From Narcine bancroftii (lineage: Eukaryota): a stretch of DNA of 64,000 nucleotides. The notes beneath the pieces were generated by a model. The model did no database searches. It was not told where the DNA came from and was given only the letters and a program-made list of their open reading frames with translations. Every line of letters starts with the position of its first letter. The stretch's first letter is position 1. Of the stretch, positions 50,966-63,914 are shown piece after piece. The DNA lies in contig NC_091469.1 of assembly GCF_036971445.1 (NCBI RefSeq), forward strand, positions 67,704,001 to 67,768,000, in the 5' to 3' direction. The position numbers and the translations under genes are program-made.

Positions 50966-51499
50966 AATAAGTCAGATCTCAACCACTTACTCTAAAAGTA
51001 AGTTCTGTTAGATGGAAGGGCAAATGTCTTGAGCAAGTACTATCCATGAAGCTGAATGATCAAGTGAGTTGTTCATATTCCTACCTAATGTTCTCAAATG
51101 CAAATGGAAAGAATAGTTCAGAGTTTCTCATGATATTTAGTCATTCAAATGCACAAAGTTTGGAAACATCTATTCATCCATTTCAAGCACACGTGGCAAA
51201 TGTCAACTAAAAACAGATATTTTAAGATATCTAATGTCCATGGAATATACAAATACACCAAAGAACATTGCACACAGTAACAATTATCTTGTAAAAAGTG
51301 TAGTTAAAAGGTGTAATCAAAATCTATCCTGATTTCCAGATGAGTCACGCATCCAGAGCTTGAATAGCATTAACCTATGGGAAAGTGAACTATTAACCCA
51401 GGTGCCACATTGGGAAGCATACGAGAGGTGAGGAGTCACCCGAGGACAATGGTTTTCAGGTGAAGCATTGCATGCCTGCATGAGATGACAAAAACTCAC

Positions 51500-51580
51500 C
51501 GTTTCCTGTCTTTCCACAGGAGGTTCTTCTCTCAACTGTGTCGTGGCTGTCATCACTCCTGCTTCCACTTGGCCCTCCCT
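51500..51580 (-). CDS. ERCC6L2: ERCC6L2 internal exon
   Basis: tttgtag|AGG ... ACG|gtgagt; 81 nt, phase 0/0. Encodes [27 protein letters not shown] (human [21 protein letters not shown]). Confidence 0.95.
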
Positions 51581-52242
51581 CTACAAAGAAATGTAGAAGA
51601 AATCTCATGCTTTAGTTGTATTAAAAACAGAGGATATGTGTGTAATGAATAATTGCATACTGAGAAATTTTGGTGATGCTCTTTAAAAAAGTCTAAACTA
51701 GAAGCCACAGAAAAGTAAACCTATTCCACTTGATTGAGTTTACAATTGCTCTCTAAACATCTTATTTTCCTGCATGTAGTGAACTGTGACAACCTAGTAT
51801 GTAATTTCAGGAAGTGAATTGTATTTATACCCAGCGGTTACAACCCACATTTTCTTCTCAGAGAAGGATTTAAACTGGTACAAAAATTCTGAGGTATTTA
51901 AAAAAAATGGTTTAAAGAGTAGACATTTAAATTACACTCGCACTCTATGAAGCCCATTAAATGTTGTCATCGTGTAGTACAAAAAATGTAGCACTTAATT
52001 TGCACACAGTTAACCTGATCGAGAAACAGCCACATAATAAATAACCACACAAATGAGGTTAAAATTGATCTTTGGTCACCAGCACTCAATGCACAATTTT
52101 GTAATGGTTTTAGATTTCTATTTGTTTCCAGAATTCTGTTCCATTGACCAAATTAAATTCTGGAAGCATAATAAAATGCATTTCTAGTTCCCCAAATGCA
52201 TTTTTAACACTAGCAAACCAAGGATGAATAAAACAATAATCA

Positions 52243-52915
52243 GAAAATGCTGAAAGTACTTAGCAGAATTGGACTCATCCTTAGGAGGAGAAACTGGGTA
52301 AACACTTCAGCTCAGAGATCCTACACAAGAACAGCAAAGAAACTTGTAGAGCTGCAGGAAGGAGAATGTCTCTGCTGGGGCAAATGGGTGTGGCCACAGG
52401 GATAAGCTATAAACAAGATTTTCAGAATACTGAGCTTCCCATGGCCTGAAACTAATTCCTCATCTCACTCCCACTTGTGGCCTCCTGCACGGTCACAGTG
52501 AGGTCCACACAAGTTTGAGGAACCACCTCATTTTCTATCTGGGTACTTTGAGCCTTCTGGACTTGATATTGAATTTTACAACATCTGGTAACTTGATTAA
52601 TTTGTCTGTATCAGGCATCCATCTGTGAAATTAGCTCAGGTTTATTTTTCTCTCTGGGAGTGAGTAGAGGTCAAACCCAGCCTGACATGCTGGGTTTGTC
52701 CTCCTACTCTGCATTTCACATTCTTTTGTCCAGATCCTTAGTTGTCACTCATTGACCAGAAAAACTTTAGTTTATCCCCAAGATCATCCTGGTTTCACCT
52801 CATCAGGGGCATCACCTGTCCCCCACCCCACTTGCACCTTAACAAGTTTCTTTTGTCTCTTTCCCAGTTCTAATAAAGGCTTTTCAGCCTGAAACATCAA
52901 TTCTCTTCCCACAGA
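52243..52915 (+). mobile_element. Penelope-like remnant (GIY-YIG C-terminus and terminal repeat)
   Basis: GLLHGHSE...NHLIFYLGTL; decayed motif ctaataa-aggcttttcagcct-gaaac at ~52870-52895. Confidence 0.6.
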
Positions 52916-53195
52916 TATCATAGAGTCATACAGCACAGAAACAGGCCCTTTGGCCCAACTATGCTGACCAAACTGTTTAACTAGGGTAGTCCCTTATTCC
53001 TGCATTTGACCCGTATCCCTCAAAATTTTTTACATCCATGTAAATATTGAATATGCCCCTGATGAGGTGTCTGTTTGTGCCCACCTCTATCACTTCTTCT
53101 GTAAGCTCATTCCACATATAACCATATAACCACTTACAGCACAGAACAGGCCAGTTCGGCCCTACTAGTCCATGCCGTAGCAAATCCCCACCCTC

Positions 53196-56078
53196 CTAGT
53201 CCCACTGACCAGCATCCGGTCCATACCCCTCTAGTCCCCTCCTATCCATGTAACTATCCAGTCTTTCCTTAAATGTAACCAATGATCCCGCCTCGACCAC
53301 GTCTGTCGGAAGCTCATTCCACATCCCTACCACCCTTTGCAAAAATAAATTTCCCCTCATGTTCCCCTTATAATTTTCCCCCTTCAATCTTAAACCATGC
53401 CCTCTAGTTTGAATCTCCCCCACTCTTAATTGAAAAAGCCTATCCACGTTTACTCTGTCTGTCCCTTTTAAAATCTTAAACACCTCTATCAAGTACCCTC
53501 TCAATCTTCTACGCTCCAGAGAAAAAAGCCCCAGTCTGCACAACTTTTCCCTGTAACTCAAACCTTGAAATCTTGTCAACATTCTCGTGAACCTTCTCTG
53601 CACTCTCTCTATTTTGTTTACATCTTTCCTATAATTTGGTGACCAAAACTGTACACAGTACTCCAAATTTGGCCTCACCAATGCCTTGTACAATTTCATC
53701 ATAACCTCCCTACTCTTGAATTCAATACTCCGATTTATGAAGGCCAACATTCCAAATGCCTTCTTCACCACACCATCTACCTGAGTATCAGGTTACCACA
53801 ACTCCTAAATCCCTTTATTGCTCTGCATATCTCAATAGCCTACCATTTAATGCATATGACCGATTTAGATTTGCCTTTCCAAAATGCAACACCTCACACT
53901 TATCTGTATTAAATTCCATCAGCCATTTCTCAGCCCACACCTCCAGCCTTCCTTCTACGGTAATCTTCCTCACTGTCCACAACACCACCAATCTTTGTAA
54001 CATCCGCAAACTTGCTTATCCAATTCTCCACCCCTACTTCCAGATCGTTAATATATATCTAACAAACAATAGTGGACCCAGGACCGATCCCTGAGGAACT
54101 CCACTAGTCATCGGCCTCCAATTGGACAAACAATTTTCTACCACTACTCTCTGACACCTCCCATCCAACCATTGCTGAATCCATTTCACTACCTCCTTAT
54201 TTATACCTAATGCCTCCACCTTTTTTCCTAACCTCCTGTGGGGAACTTTGTCAAAAGCTTTACTAAAGTCTAAATAGACAACATCCACAGCTTTCCCTTC
54301 ATCAACCTTTTTTGTAACCCCTTCGAAAAACTCAATCAGGTTTGTCAAGCATGATCTACCCCTGACAAAACCATGCTGATTACTCCCTATCAATCCCTGT
54401 ACCTCCAAATATTTGTAAATACCATCCCTCAGAACACTTTCCATCAACTTACCCACCACAGATGTCAGACTCACGGGCCTATAATTCCCAGGTTTACATT
54501 TGGACCCTTTCTTAAACAGCGGAACCACATGCGTCACCCTCCAATACTTTAGCACTACCCCCGTGACCAGTGACATCCTAAATATCTCTGTTAATGGTCC
54601 CACTATCTGTCCACAAGCCTCCCTGAGTGTCCTTGGGAATATTTTTTCCGGTCCCGGAGATTTATCCACCTTTATCTTTTTCAACACAGCCATCACTACC
54701 TCCTCGGTTATCCTTATATGGTTCATGACCTTCCCACTATTTTTCTTTACTTCAACTGGTTCAATATTTTTTTCCCTAGTGAATACCGAGGCAAAGAAAT
54801 CATTCAAAATTTCCCCCATTTCCTCGGACTTCTCACTCAGCCTACCTTCGCTATCTACAAGGGGTCCAATTTTATCCCTCACTAATCTTTTACTTTTAAT
54901 GTACTTATAGAAACCCTTTGGATTTATTTTTACTCTGTCTGCCAAAGCCTCTTTGTGCCTTTTTTTGGCCTTTCTAATTTCTTTCTTAAGATTCCTTCTA
55001 CACTCCTTGTAGTCCTCCTTCAAACTGTCAGCTCCCTGTTCTTTATACCTCTTGTATACCTCCCTTTTTCTCCTAACCAAATTTCCAATATTCCTTGAAA
55101 ACCAAGCCTCCCTATGACTTCCAGCCTTTCCTTTGATCCTCACTGGGACATAACTACTCTGTACCTTCAAAATTTCTCTTTTGAATATCCTCCATTTTTC
55201 ATTTACACCCTCACCTGAAAATATCGTGTCCCACTCAATACTCCCCAAATCCCTTCTTATTCCTTCGAAATTTGCTCTTCTCCAATCCAGAACCTCAACT
55301 TTAGGCCCTTCCTTGCTCTTCCCTAAAACTACCTTAAAACTAACAGAATTATGATCACTAGACCCAATTGGATCTCCAACATTAATGTCTGATACCTGAC
55401 CTAGCTCGTTCCCTAACAGGAGATCCAGTATTACACTGTCCCGAGTCGGTTCTTCTACTAATTGATTCAGAAAACAATCTTGAACCATTGAACGAACTCT
55501 AGCCCATCCAGCCCTCTAACTGTATGGGTGTCCCAATCAATGTGAGGGAAGTTAAAATCTCCCATGATCTCTACCTTATAATTCTCACACATATACGTTA
55601 TTTGTTCCTCTAGTTTTCTTGACCCATTTGGTGGTCTGTAATACACTCCTATTAGCACCCTCATGTCTCCTTCACCCCTCAATTCCACCCAAACAGCCTC
55701 ACTGGACGATCCCTCCAGACCATCTTGCCACCTCACGGCAGTAATGTCCTCCTTAACAAGCATAGCAACTCCTCCCCCTTTTTTACCCCCTGATCTATCA
55801 CATCTAAAACAAATGTATCCTGGAACGTTAAGTTGCCAGTCCTGCCCCTTTTGTAGCCAGGTCTCACTAATTGCCACAATAATGTGACCCCAAGTATCTG
55901 TCCATGCCCTAAGCTCATCTACCTTGTTCACTATGCTTCTTGCATTAAAATATATGCATTTCAGAGAATGACCCTCACATACATTCTCTTTTCTACCTTC
56001 TACCCTAATCTCCATCCTACCTTTGTTATCGTTTTTATTCTTATCTAGGTGGCCATGCTCCCTTGATACTGCTCTCAC
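53196..56078 (-). pseudogene. CR1 ORF2 (APE endonuclease and RT), frameshifted
   Basis: CIYFNARSIVNK, ISETWL, GDFNFPHIDW, SSDHN, NYRPVSLTS, YLDFSKAFDKVPH, SGVPQGSVLGP, LEYCVQFWSP. Confidence 0.95.
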
Positions 56079-56104
56079 ACTCTGTTCCCCACCCCCCTGC
56101 CAAA

Positions 56105-57022
56105 CTAGTTTAAACCTTCCCCCACAGCTCTAGCAAATCTGCTTGCCAGCACATTGGTCCCCCTCCAGTTCAAGTGGAGTCCGTCCCTTTTGTACAGGTC
56201 TGACCTTCCCCAGAAGAGATCCCAATGATCCAGCAATCTTATCCCTTGCCCCCGCACCATCTCTTTAGCCACGCATTCATCCTCCACATTCTCCTATTTC
56301 TACCCTCACTAGCGCGTGGCACCAGCAGCAATCCAGAGATTACTACCTTGGAGGTCTTGTTTTTTAACTTCCTACCTAATTCCACATAATCCTGTTTCAG
56401 GACCTCATCCCCACTTCTAGCTAAGTAATTGTCCCCACATGGACCACGACTTCTGGCTGTTCTTCTTCTCCTTGCAGAATGCTATGAACTCGATTAGAGA
56501 TATCCCTGACCCTGGCACCAGGGAGGCAACATACCAACCTGGATCCCCGATCTCGTCCCACAAACCTTCTATCTGTCCCTCTGACTAACGAGTCCCCAAC
56601 TACAAGTATCCTGTTCTTATCCCTCTTTCCCTTCTGAACCTCAGGGGCAGCCCCCATGCCAGAGACCTGACCCCTACAACTGTTCCCCCCAGCAGTATCC
56701 AATGCAGAATACATATTGCTGAGTGGCACTTCCACAGGGATACTCTGCACTGGCACTCTCCCTCCTTTCCTCACAGTCACCCAATTCCCTGACTCCTGCC
56801 TTCTAGGGGTGACTGTTTCTCTGTAACTCTTCTCTATCACTGCCTCTGCTTCCCTTATGATCCTCAGTTCATCCAACTCAGCTCAAGCTCCCTAACACGG
56901 TCACTCATTATATGCAATTGGATGCACCTTTTGCAGGTGTAGTCATCAGAAACAGCTGTGTTGTATCTGACTTCCCACATCCTACAATTGGAGCACTTAA
57001 CTGCCCCAACTGACTCCATTTC
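56105..57022 (-). pseudogene. CR1 ORF1 (zinc finger, coiled coil, SGNH esterase), frameshifted
   Basis: VKCSNCRMWEV...YTCKRC; ILVVGDSLVRG, CCLPGARVRDI, VVVHVGT, DGLHLN. Confidence 0.9.
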
Positions 57023-57073
57023 CTCCTTTCTTAATATAAATACACTTCCCACACAAGTAGCTCCTTCTCGCCG

Positions 57074-57257
57074 AAGTCCCTCGAGCCAAAGTCCTAAGAC
57101 CCCACTCCTTCACTGGGCCAAGTCCCTCGAGCCAAAGTCCTAAGGCCCCACTCCTTCACTGGGCCAAGTCCCTCGAGCCAAAGTCCTAAGGCCCCACTCC
57201 TTCAATGGGCCAAGTCCCTTGAGCCAAAGTCCTAAGACCCCACTCCTTAACTGGGCC
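57074..57257. repeat. 4 x 46-bp tandem repeat in the CR1 5' UTR
   Basis: aagtccctcgagccaaagtcctaagRccccactccttcactgggcc starts at 57074, 57120, 57166 and 57212. Confidence 0.95.
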
Positions 57258-57345
57258 GCTCACTCACTGCGCCGCTCCTCGCTGGCCGCTCCCTCCCTTT
57301 CTACTCCTTTTATTAGCCCTTACCAATTAACCCCAATTAACTCCC

Positions 57346-57676
57346 GGCTCCTCCTCCTCTCACCCGACACCAGGCACTGACTCACTGTCTCCTCCAACCC
57401 CGAGTCTGACCTTTCTGAGCCCAAGCCCCGGTAAGTCCAGCTATTTATTATACTCACCCTCTGATGCTGTCTCATGGCTCCTCCTCCTCTCACCCGACAC
57501 CAGGCACTGACTCACTGTCTCCTCCAACCCCGAGTCTGACCTTTCTGAGCCCAAGCCCCGGTAAGTCCAGCTATTCATTATACTCACCCTCTGATGCTGT
57601 CTCTTGGCTCCTCCTCCTCTCACCCGACACAGGCACTGACTCACTGTCTCCTCCGACCCCGAGTCTGACCTTTCTC
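57346..57676. repeat. ~2.5 x 130-bp tandem repeat at the CR1 5' end
   Basis: ggctcctcctcctctcacccgacacc... starts at 57346, 57476 and 57606; copies are nearly identical. Confidence 0.95.
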
Positions 57677-58574
57677 GTCTGTTTAAAAAGGTGCCCTTCA
57701 GGTTCCTTTTAATTTTTTTTCTGCATTCACCTTAAATTTATGCCCTCTCATTTTAGACTCCTCTACCCTGGGATAAAGACTATGACTATTTACATGTCTC
57801 ATGAATTTATACACCTCTACAAATGTTACCCCACTGGTTCATACACTTCAGGTAGAAAAGTCTTAGTATATCCAGCCTCCAAGTCTCCACATCCTCACAA
57901 TTCTTTACTGCATCCTTTCCAGCTTAATGACATCATTCCTAAAATTGGACAAATAGAACTGCACACAGTATCCCAAATGTAGTCTTACCAACATCTTGTA
58001 CTGTTGGAACATGGCATCCCAGTTCTTGTATTCACTGCTCTCACTGATGAAGAGGAGCATGCCAAATGTATTTTCACCACCCTGTCTACTTTAAAGGAAC
58101 AATGTACCAGGACTAGAATGCATAACCTCACACTTATCTGACTTAAATTCCATCTGCCATTTCTTGGACCATTTACTCAGTTGATCTGGATCCTGCTGTA
58201 ATCTCAGGTAATCTTCGTCACCATCCAATATGCCACCAAATTTGGTTCCATTTGTAAACTTACCAGCCACGTAAACTATATTGTTTCCAAATCATAAATA
58301 TAAGTGATCAATGACAGTGGACTCAGCATCTATCCCTATGGCATATCACTGATCACAGGCATCAAATTTGAAACCAGTACCACACTCAGACTCCTTTCAC
58401 TAAGCCAATTTTGTATCTAATAGCCTAGTTCACCCAGGAACTTCAGGAACAGGGCAGCATATTCCTCTTGGACAGCCTTAAAATTAGCAGCATGAACAGT
58501 GACTTCTCCAACTTTAGGTAACCCCACAACCCGTAATGGATCTACTTTTTTTTGGTCTCTTCTTTACCTATACC

Positions 58575-61500
58575 TGTAAGGAAAAGCAAATTAATGGATG
58601 GAAACCAGAATGTTAGAGCAGAGAGCGAGGTGGAGGAGGATAAAGATCATGCGAGGACTGAATAAATAGATAGAAATCTAAGGTTTGTACGTGACATAAA
58701 TGTTTTCAAGTGTATTTATTTCAGTGCAAGGAGTATTGTTAGAAAGACAGACAATCTTGGGGCATGTGAAATTATGACATTATTGCTATTAGTGAGACTT
58801 GGTTGCAGGAGGGGCAGGACTGGCAGCTCAATGTTCCGGGGTTCCGTTGTTTGAGGGTCGGCGTCATGGGGGACATTTGCGGGCATGGCCACCACTTGCG
58901 AGGTGCTGTGCCCCCATATGCTTGCAGCCATCGCTCACCATCAGACCCACTCCTGCCCACGTCACTAGCGTGCATCAAGTGCCACTAGTTGTCTAGCTTG
59001 ATGCACGCTAGTGACTCTCCATGCAATAAAAGCAGTGCTTTCAGCTGCTACATCAGAGGGATGAAGGAGGTTTACATTCATTTGGCAGGTAGGCCACTAC
59101 CAGCATCCCCATGCCCCGTTGAGCAAATCTACAACTGTCGGACTGTGCCTCCTCCCTGGACCCCTGGTTACCCTAAACTAATATTAGTTCTGGTGCTGAC
59201 CCTGACGTGATAGAGAGGGAAGGATGAAAGGGAGAAGAGTCGCATTGCTAGTCAGGGAAAATATCACAGTTGTGTTTAGATAGGACAGCCCAGAGGGCTC
59301 GTCCATAGAGGCCATATGGGTGAAGCTGAGGAACGGGAAAGGTGTGACCACACTGATAGGGTTGTATTATAGGCTGCTCAACAGTCAGAGAATTGGAGGA
59401 GCAAATTTGTAGAGAGATAGCAGGCCAATGTAAGAAACAGAAAGTTGTGATAGTAGATTTTAACTTTTCACATATTGACTGGGACTCCAATACTGTAAAA
59501 GGGCTAGTTGGCTTAGATTTTGTCAAATATGTTCAGGAAAGTTTTCTAAATCAATATATAGAGGTACCAATGAGATAGGATGCAATATTGGTCTCCTATT
59601 AGGGAAACAGACAGGTCAGGTGGCAGAAGTAGGTTTAGGTGAACAGTTTGGATCCAGTGACTATAATGTCATTAGTTTCAAGTTAATTATGGATAAGGAT
59701 ATGTTTGGTCCTTGAGTTGAGATTCTAAATTGGAGAAAGGCCAATGGATTGGGATAAGTTGTTTTCTGGCAAGGCTGTATTCAGTAAGTGGAAGGCCTTT
59801 AAAGGGGAAAATTTGAGAGTGGAAAGTTTGCATCTTCCTGCCAGGATTAAAGGCAAAGTTAACAGGCATAGGGAACCTTGATTTTCAAGGGATATTGGCG
59901 ATCTGGTTAAGAAGAAGAGGAGGTGTATTGCAGGTATAGGCAACAAGGAACAAATTAGGTACTAGAAGAATATAGAAAATGCTTAAGGAGGAAATCAGGA
60001 AGGCAAAAAGTAGACACGGGGTTGCTTTCGCAGATAATGGGAAAGTAAACCCAGAGGGTTTCTACAAGTATATTAAGAGTAAAAGAATAGCAAGAAACAA
60101 AATTTGTCCCCTAAAAGATCAGAGTTGTCATCAATGTATGGAGATCTTAAAAAGTTTTTTTGCATCAATATTTACTCAGCAAACTGGCATAGTGTATAAG
60201 GAAGGAAGGGAAACAAGCAGTAATGTCATGGAACATATTGATATTTAAGAGGTGCACATGCTTGCTGCCTTACAGTGAATAAAGGTAAATAAATCCCCCG
60301 GACCTGACATGATATTCCCTTGGACCTTGAGGGAGACTAGTGTAGAAATTGCAGGGATATTTAAAATGTCTTTAGCCTCGTGTGAGGTGCCAGCGGATTA
60401 GAGGGTAGCTCATGTTGTTCCATTGTTTAAAAAAGGCTCCAAAAGTAAACCAGGAAATTACAGGCGAGTGAGCCTGATATCAGTAGGTGGTAAATTATTG
60501 GAGGGTGTTCTGAGAGATCGGATTTACAGGTATTTGGACAGCCAAGGGCTGATTAAGGATATTCAGCACAGCATTGTGTGTGATAGGTAGCGTTTAATGA
60601 ATTTTAGAGTTTTTCTACCAAGAAAGTACATGAAGGAAAGGCTTTGAATGTTGTCTACATGGACTTTAGTAAGGCCTTCGACAAGGTCCATGCGAGAGGT
60701 TAGTTTAGAAGATTCAGACACTAGGTATGCAATGAGAAATTGTAAACTGGATTTGAAATGGGCTAAATGGGAGAAGTGGATGACTGCTTTTTAGACTGGA
60801 GGCCTGTGATCATGGTTTGTCTAAAGGATCAGATGTCTGCATCAATAATCTGGTAAATTAGATTATCAAATTTGCTGATGACACTAACATTGGAGGCATT
60901 GTGGACAGTGAGGAAAGCTTTCAGAGGGATCTGGACCAACTGGAAAGATGGGTCAGAAAATGGTAGATGAAATTTCATGCAGAGAAGTGTGAGGTGTTGC
61001 ATTTTGGAAGGACAAACCAAGGTAGAAGATACACAGTAAATGGTAGGGCACTGAGGAGGGCAGAGGGACAAAGGGATCTGGGAATATAGATACATAATTT
61101 CCTGAAAGTAACATCACAGGTGGTCAGGGTTGTAAAGAAAGCTTTTGGCAACTTCCCCATCATAAATCAACATATTGAGTATAGGAGTTGGGATGTTAAG
61201 TTGGTTAAGACATTGGTGAGGCCAAATTTGGAATATTGTGTGCAGTTCTGGTCGCCCAACTACAGGATGGATTGAAAGAGAGGAGAGAACTAGTATTTAC
61301 TAGGATGTTGCTGGGTCTTCAGGAGTTGAATTACAGGGAAAGATTAAACAGGTTAGGATTTTATTCCTTTGAGCATGGAAGAATGAAGGGAAATTTGATA
61401 GATGTTTACAAAATTATGAGGTGTATAAACAGAGTAAATGCAAGTAGGCTCTTTCCAATTATGAGAGGACATGGCTTTAGGATGAATGGGGAAAGGTTTA

Positions 61501-61735
61501 GGAGAACATTAGGAGGAACTTCTTCACTCAGAGAATGGTGGGTGTGTGGAACAAGCTGCCATCTAACATGGTAAATGTGGGCTCACTCATAAGTTTTAAG
61601 AATAAATTGGATCAATAAATGGATGGGAAAGGTCTGGAGGGTTATGGACTGGGTGCAGGTCAATGGGACTAGCGGAATAATATTTTGGAACAGACTAGAA
61701 AGGCCTGTTTTCTGTACTGTTCTATGGTTCTAATG
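58575..61735 (+). mobile_element. Decayed CR1 LINE covering almost all of ORF2
   Basis: CIYFSARSIV, ETWLQEGQDWQLNVPGFRC, DFNFSHIDWD, NYRRVSL, VYMDFSKAFDKV, KFADDT, LEYCVQFWSP; tail ttctatggttcta. Confidence 0.9.
58855..59202. mobile_element. Unclassified 348-bp insertion in the CR1 (MITE-like) with an internal perfect hairpin
   Basis: Interrupts CR1 between GFRCL and RDR. Termini GGGTCGGC / GCTGACCC are each flanked by TGA; 19-bp perfect inverted repeat at 58961-59015. Confidence 0.65.
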
Positions 61736-62219
61736 TTATTTCTTCCTCTCAATGACACCCTAGTATCTAATCTTGGAATGAGCATTAGGTTACAAATTTG
61801 CTGCATCATTAATATAGCCTATTTTAATCTCCGCAACATTACCCATTGCTGCTCCTGCCTCAGGAGAACCACTGCTAAACTGTCATCCATGAGCAAATGC
61901 TCATTCTACTGTTGACTGTTCCAACAAATTCCTAATCTCCCAGTCTGCCCTTCTGTGGACTTGAGGTCATCCAAAATTCTGCTGCCCAATACAGCATCAT
62001 TATTATATACATTTAAATACCTTAATGTTAAATTGTTCTTGTTTGCAATTATTTCCAGAGACCATCCCATCATTCCTCTTTGAATTCCTGATCCATGCCC
62101 ACAATCATCCTCAAATAAAATTTACCAGAAATATTCAGTAGGCTCTGGGCCTAAAATGTTAACTTTTTACCTCACCCTATGGATGCTGTCTGACTTGCTA
62201 AGTATTTCTTGTTTGTATA

Positions 62220-62440
62220 CAGGTACACGATCCTTTATCCGGAACCCGTGGGGGACAGTGTGTTCCGAATTTCTGATTTTTCCGGATTTCGGAAAGCCCA
62301 CCCGAATTGTGCTGCAGTATCCACCCCCACCCCCTTCCAGTCCCCCGGCCACCAGTCACCGGGCCGCCTCCCCCTGCCACCCGGTCCCCACTTGCCAGAT
62401 TTTGGAGCTTTCCAGATTTTAGATGTCCGGAGATAGGATC
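62220..62440. mobile_element. TIR MITE remnant (TA|CAGGTA..., Tc1/pogo-like)
   Basis: gatcctttatccgga on the left and tccggagataggatc on the right; the right terminus is truncated. Confidence 0.55.
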
Positions 62441-62727
62441 AGATTTCCAGCATCTGCATTTTTTTTGCTTTTTGAACGGTCTTCTAAATTTTACTTCTGA
62501 GGAATTCCTAATTTTAATTTTTCTGCCACAAGCAACCTTGTTTACAGCTCGCAAATAAAACTGTTCATGTAACTTGAAGCCAGATTTTGTTTCAAGAGAC
62601 ACCCTTCTAAATCACCAAGGAAAATTTTACTCCATCAAATGAGTATATGAAAACATTTCAGACAGGTAGAACTTAATAGGATTTGGAAAGTTATGATCAT
62701 ATCCATAAACAAAAGAATATTTAGTGT

Positions 62728-62992
62728 TGTAGTGGCCCACGCATGGAGAAATGGCAGATATGAGGGGTGACACCAGCCTGCGTCTCAGCTGACCTCCCAC
62801 ATGGTGGGAAAATGGGGAAATCTGGCGGGAACGCCAGCTAATCTTAGGCTGGTGATCCAATGACGTGGGACCCTTACGTCAGTGCCTGAGGCCCACATAA
62901 GCACGATGGCCAGAGCAATAAACCAGTCTCATTTTCCAAGGCTTTGCTGTGCGTGTCGTTCTTCTCCGTGTTTGCGTAGCGTGAACGCTACA
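62728..62992 (+). mobile_element. Solo LTR
   Basis: TGTAGTG...CGCTACA termini, AATAAA at ~62917 and a perfect 4-bp TSD GTGT. Confidence 0.9.
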
Positions 62993-63326
62993 GTGTCACT
63001 TTTTCTTTATGATGTCTTCCATCTATACCAAAAGTACACAGCAAGGAGTTCCTTCACATTCATATCATAACATCAGAACAACAATAATTGGGGCTGGGGG
63101 GTGCATTTGAGAAAGGTGGGTAATGCTGGCAAGAGATAGAATGGAGAGAGCTAATGAAGCTGAGACAGGCAGAGAAATGGAGAGAGTGCAATAATGACTG
63201 GTAGAAGAAAACATCAAAAGTGAGATATTTCTGTCCAAATATGCTTCTAATGGGCTTGATAGAGTTAACAAACACAAAAGTCTGCAGGCACTGTTATTGT
63301 ATCAAGACTTGATGCTGTACTCTCAC

Positions 63327-63479
63327 CTGAATGATGTCCCAAGTCAAGCAGGATCCCCCTATTCGTAGGTTGAAAAGATTCTGAACACCAAATATTTCGC
63401 CATGATGCTCCTTTGATCCTTGCACTGCATTAAAATAGCGCCTTGCATTTTCACTTCCCACAGCAGCACAATGCAGTTG
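63327..63479 (-). CDS. ERCC6L2: ERCC6L2 internal exon (after the helicase C domain)
   Basis: AG acceptor at 63480-81 and GT donor at 63325-26; 153 nt, phase 0/0. Encodes [51 protein letters not shown], matching recalled human ERCC6L2 [36 protein letters not shown]...GSCLTKDIL. Confidence 0.95.
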
Positions 63480-63914
63480 CTATTGCAATTGAGAAAATAA
63501 ATACGTTACAAACACAACCCAATGTTATATTCAGAAAGCAGACACGAGGCTTTAATTTGAGAGAGCATTAATTTCGAAGGCTAATTTGCCAAACTTACTC
63601 AAGTAGATGTTATCATTGTGGTAAAACATGGCTCTGGCTAAATGCTTTGAATACTGAGATGCCTTTACATTCACATGAACTAAGTTGCAGTAGAACACTA
63701 ACCACTGTTTGTGTGGACTTAACTTTCATTTCAATACTACACCAACATTCAAAGTTCGCAGATTGAATTCAGAAAACGCTCTACATTTTTGTTTTTGTCC
63801 TGGACATAGGCTGTGTTGTTTAAGTTTATTTGCCATATTAAATAAAAACATTAATAATAGGAGCAGATTAGGTGTAAAACACAAGGTTCTGTTGACATTG
63901 TGGTTAAGTAAAAA

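Larger units (their letters stand above)
53116..57676 (-). mobile_element. Full-length young CR1 LINE
   Basis: (TTATATGG)n tail; ORF2 in four frameshifted pieces (56078-53196); ORF1; 5' UTR with tandem repeats. Confidence 0.95.
52918..58437 (-). mobile_element. Older CR1 3' fragment (52918-53115 plus 57677-58437) split by a younger full-length CR1
   Basis: tcatagagtcatacagcacagaaacaggccc 3' end; the sequence breaks at ccacatat and resumes at tgtttaaaaaggtgcccttcagg. Confidence 0.75.

Noticed and set aside
54034-55488. 484-aa ORF as a host gene
   Set aside because: It is the middle of a frameshifted CR1 ORF2.
57074-57257. Regular repeats as a CRISPR-like array
   Set aside because: The units are contiguous tandem copies with no unique spacers, in a eukaryotic context with no cas genes.
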